From positions 46,481-66,480 of IMG/VR virus record IMGVR_UViG_2799112846_000001: 20,000 nucleotides of DNA. One strand, given 5' to 3'. The position numbers were made by a program, and so were the translations under genes. Position 1 is the stretch's first letter. The number at the start of each line of letters is the position of its first letter. This DNA comes from an uncultured virus (IMG/VR IMGVR_UViG_2799112846_000001) (Duplodnaviria; Heunggongvirae; Uroviricota; Caudoviricetes). Under the pieces are notes generated by a model. That model was not told where the DNA came from, searched no databases, and saw nothing but the letters and a program-made list of their open reading frames with translations. Shown piece by piece: positions 18,229 to 20,000 of this stretch.

Positions 18229-19161
18229 ATGATAAATGTAATTCAAAAGTTAGCATATAAATCAAACTATGGTAAAACTCGTAGTGCTGATTCTATTAAA
18301 TATATAGTCATTCATTACACCGCCAATGATGGAGATAAAGCGTGGAATAATGCTAATTACTTCGCTAATAATTCTAATCTAAAAGCTAGCGCACATTATT
18401 TTGTAGATGATAATTATATTTATCAAAGTGTGCCTGATACTGCAATAGCGTATTCAGTAGGCGGTAAGAAACTGAATAGTCATGGCAGACTTCACGGAAT
18501 ATGCACTAATGCAAATAGTCTTAATGTAGAATTATGCGACACTGAGAAGAACGGTAAATATAATGTAACGCAAGCCACTATAAATAGAGCAATCGAACTT
18601 GTAGCACTGCTGATGTTCACCTATAATATTTCTAGTGATAATGTAATTAGACATTATGACGTTACTGGTAAAGAATGTCCTAAGTATTGGATAGATAATA
18701 ACAAATGGGAGTTAGAGTTCAAACTTCCGTTAATATCTACTTACAACAAGAAATATCGGGTAGGTTGGATTGAAGATGTAAAAGGTTGGTGGTATAGATA
18801 TGAAGACGGTACATATCCAAAATCACAGTGGGTAACAATAGATGGTAAAGACTATTACTTCAATGCAGATGGATACATGGCTAGCAAAGAATATATCAAA
18901 TCTGCTGACTATGACACTAACAAGAAGCTCTATTGGGTAGACAAAGATGGAGCTTGGAACGGTAAAGAATATACATGGAAGCAAGACGCAAAAGGTTGGT
19001 GGCTAGCAGAGATTGGTGGTAAATGGTATGCTCAAAATGAATGGGCGAAGATAGATGGCAAGTGGTATTACTTTGACGATACTGGATATATGGTAGCAAA
19101 TAGAATTAAAACGATAGACGGAAATGTGTATCAATTTAGAACTGATGGCACTTTAGTATAG
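18229..19161 (+). CDS. Endolysin: N-acetylmuramoyl-L-alanine amidase (Amidase_2) with C-terminal cell-wall/choline-binding-type repeats
   Basis: 'IKYIVIHYTAN', 'ASAHYFVD', 'NANSLNVELC' and 'VIRHYDVTGKECP' catalytic motifs; C-terminal 'GWW', 'W..IDGK.YYF...GYM' repeats; AGGAGG RBS. Confidence 0.93.
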   Translation: MINVIQKLAYKSNYGKTRSADSIKYIVIHYTANDGDKAWNNANYFANNSNLKASAHYFVDDNYIYQSVPDTAIAYSVGGKKLNSHGRLHGICTNANSLNVELCDTEKNGKYNVTQATINRAIELVALLMFTYNISSDNVIRHYDVTGKECPKYWIDNNKWELEFKLPLISTYNKKYRVGWIEDVKGWWYRYEDGTYPKSQWVTIDGKDYYFNADGYMASKEYIKSADYDTNKKLYWVDKDGAWNGKEYTWKQDAKGWWLAEIGGKWYAQNEWAKIDGKWYYFDDTGYMVANRIKTIDGNVYQFRTDGTLV

Positions 19162-19173
19162 GGGGTGTAAATC

Positions 19174-19670
19174 ATGCCAAAAGTAATATTAAATGGAATA
19201 GAATATGCAAGTGGACTCGACCAAACAACATATGGAAAGATAGGTGATGAACCTCTTGAGACAGAAGCGCAAGATTTATCAGGAGCTACAAATGAGCATG
19301 AAAATGATATTAGTGAGATAAAGCAGAGTTTATCTGACATGAAAATGATATTAGTGAGATAAAGCAGAGTTTATCTGACTTAGACACCGACTTAACGAAT
19401 ACCATAGCAAAGTTAATTCCATTTACTAAGAATCACACTAATATAGACCTTAACACACAGAGAGCAGAAGCCAAGATATTAAGTGGTAATAATTGGGTTA
19501 ATGGCGCAAGTACTAACTATTCTATAGTGTTTATATTTCCTAATCCTAACGCTGATTATGTGTTCCAAATGCAGATTATCAATAATTGGAATGGTTCTTT
19601 TAGAATTGCGGCTAGACACTCGAAATCGTCAAGTGAGTGGGGAGCATGGCAAACTATATTTAATTTCTAA
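19174..19670 (+). pseudogene. Tail fibre/RBP-like gene 2 (possible pyocin-knob-like C-terminus), frameshifted by a 41-bp tandem duplication
   Basis: ORF 19174-19362 is paralogous to fibre 1 (KIGDEPLETEAQDLSGATNE..ISEIKQSLS). A second frame open from 19338 to 19670 encodes HENDISEIKQSLSDLDTDLTNTIAKLIPF...RIAARHSKSSSEWGAWQTIFNF*. Removing one 41-bp copy gives a continuous 151-aa ORF. Confidence 0.75.
19297..19378 (+). repeat. Perfect 41-bp tandem duplication containing type A site copies 2 and 3
   Basis: CATGAAAATGATATTAGTGAGATAAAGCAGAGTTTATCTGA at 19297-19337 and 19338-19378. Confidence 0.97.
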
Positions 19671-19685
19671 CTGAGATAAAAAGCA
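19668..19685 (+). repeat. Partial type B site (TAACTGAGATAAA-aagca, right arm absent)
   Basis: Left arm and near-core overlap the fibre 2 stop codon and are followed directly by an AAGGAGG RBS instead of the TTTTGTTGAC arm. Confidence 0.6.
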
Positions 19686-19700
19686 AAAGGAGGTGTTTTT

Positions 19701-19901
19701 ATGGCAACATCTAGTATTACACATAATTTTGTTATAAGAAACAAAGAAAGTGCAGTAAAGTTTGTTGAGGTTTTAGATAAGTCAAAAATTAAAAAATCAA
19801 CAGTTGATTTTCGACATATATCCGATACAAAAGAGATAAAACATCTTTTGGATAAGTGTCGAAATGTTGGAGAATGTGAGAACTCTGATGTTATTAGTTA
19901 A
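19701..19901 (+). CDS. Small hypothetical protein (MATSSITHNFVI...)
   Basis: 66-aa ORF with a strong AAGGAGGT RBS. Its stop codon lies within the left arm of the downstream type B site. Confidence 0.7.
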   Translation: MATSSITHNFVIRNKESAVKFVEVLDKSKIKKSTVDFRHISDTKEIKHLLDKCRNVGECENSDVIS

Positions 19902-19923
19902 ATAAAAAAGCATTTTGTTGACT
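19896..19923 (+). repeat. Palindromic site, type B second full copy (AGTTAAATAAA-aaagca-TTTTGTTGACT)
   Basis: 21 bp identical to 18133-18153; outer arms TTAGT...ACTAA are complementary. Confidence 0.85.
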
Positions 19924-19936
19924 AACTAGATAGAAC

Positions 19937-19965
19937 TTTACACTTGACAATTTTATATGTATAAT
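19937..19965 (+). promoter_or_regulatory. Sigma-A-type promoter candidate for the next gene (RBS at about 19982-19989, ATG at 19998)
   Basis: TTTACA (19937-19942), 17-bp spacer, TATAAT (19960-19965), followed by AAAGGAGGT and an ATG at the window end. Confidence 0.6.
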
Positions 19966-20000
19966 TATTATGTAAACTATAAAGGAGGTATATTCCAATG

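Noticed and set aside
17831..19922. Repeats read as a CRISPR array or as a DGR template/variable repeat pair
   Set aside because: Spacing is irregular and gene-sized rather than 30-40-nt spacers. There is no ~100-bp repeat pair differing at adenines and no reverse transcriptase.
17831..19922. Classical invertible shufflon (Gin/Cin/Rci type)
   Set aside because: All cores are in direct orientation, and no alternative C-terminal cassette is encoded on the minus strand in this window.
19944..19965. TTGACA...TATAAT as a promoter pair
   Set aside because: The spacer is only 10 bp; the upstream TTTACA gives the correct 17-bp spacing.

Overview
AT-rich window with every credible gene on the + strand. 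It is the virion morphogenesis and lysis region of a Firmicutes (probably Clostridia/Lachnospiraceae-type) siphovirus or prophage with Listeria A118-like gene order: terminase large subunit 3' end, a small basic ORF, a DUF4417-like gene, portal, minor head protein, scaffold, major capsid, head-tail joining genes with a free-standing GIY-YIG endonuclease among them, tail tube, chaperones, tape measure, Dit, Tal/hub, a tail fibre-like gene, an amidase endolysin, and a second fibre-like gene frameshifted by a 41-bp tandem duplication. The most unusual signal is at 17.8-19.95 kb. Two paralogous fibre genes each switch to an unrelated C-terminal domain exactly at a shared palindromic 11-6-11 site (AGATAAA-gcagag-TTTATCT, read in frame as EIKQSLS). 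Each variable domain is closed by a related site with a different core (aaagca). This looks like a tyrosine-recombinase-type cassette-exchange system for receptor-binding domains, although no recombinase lies in this window. A dif-like Xer site overlapping a promoter lies upstream of the scaffold gene, and 20 bp of it recur inverted at the window end. Product calls come from remembered motifs and synteny; no database searches were run.
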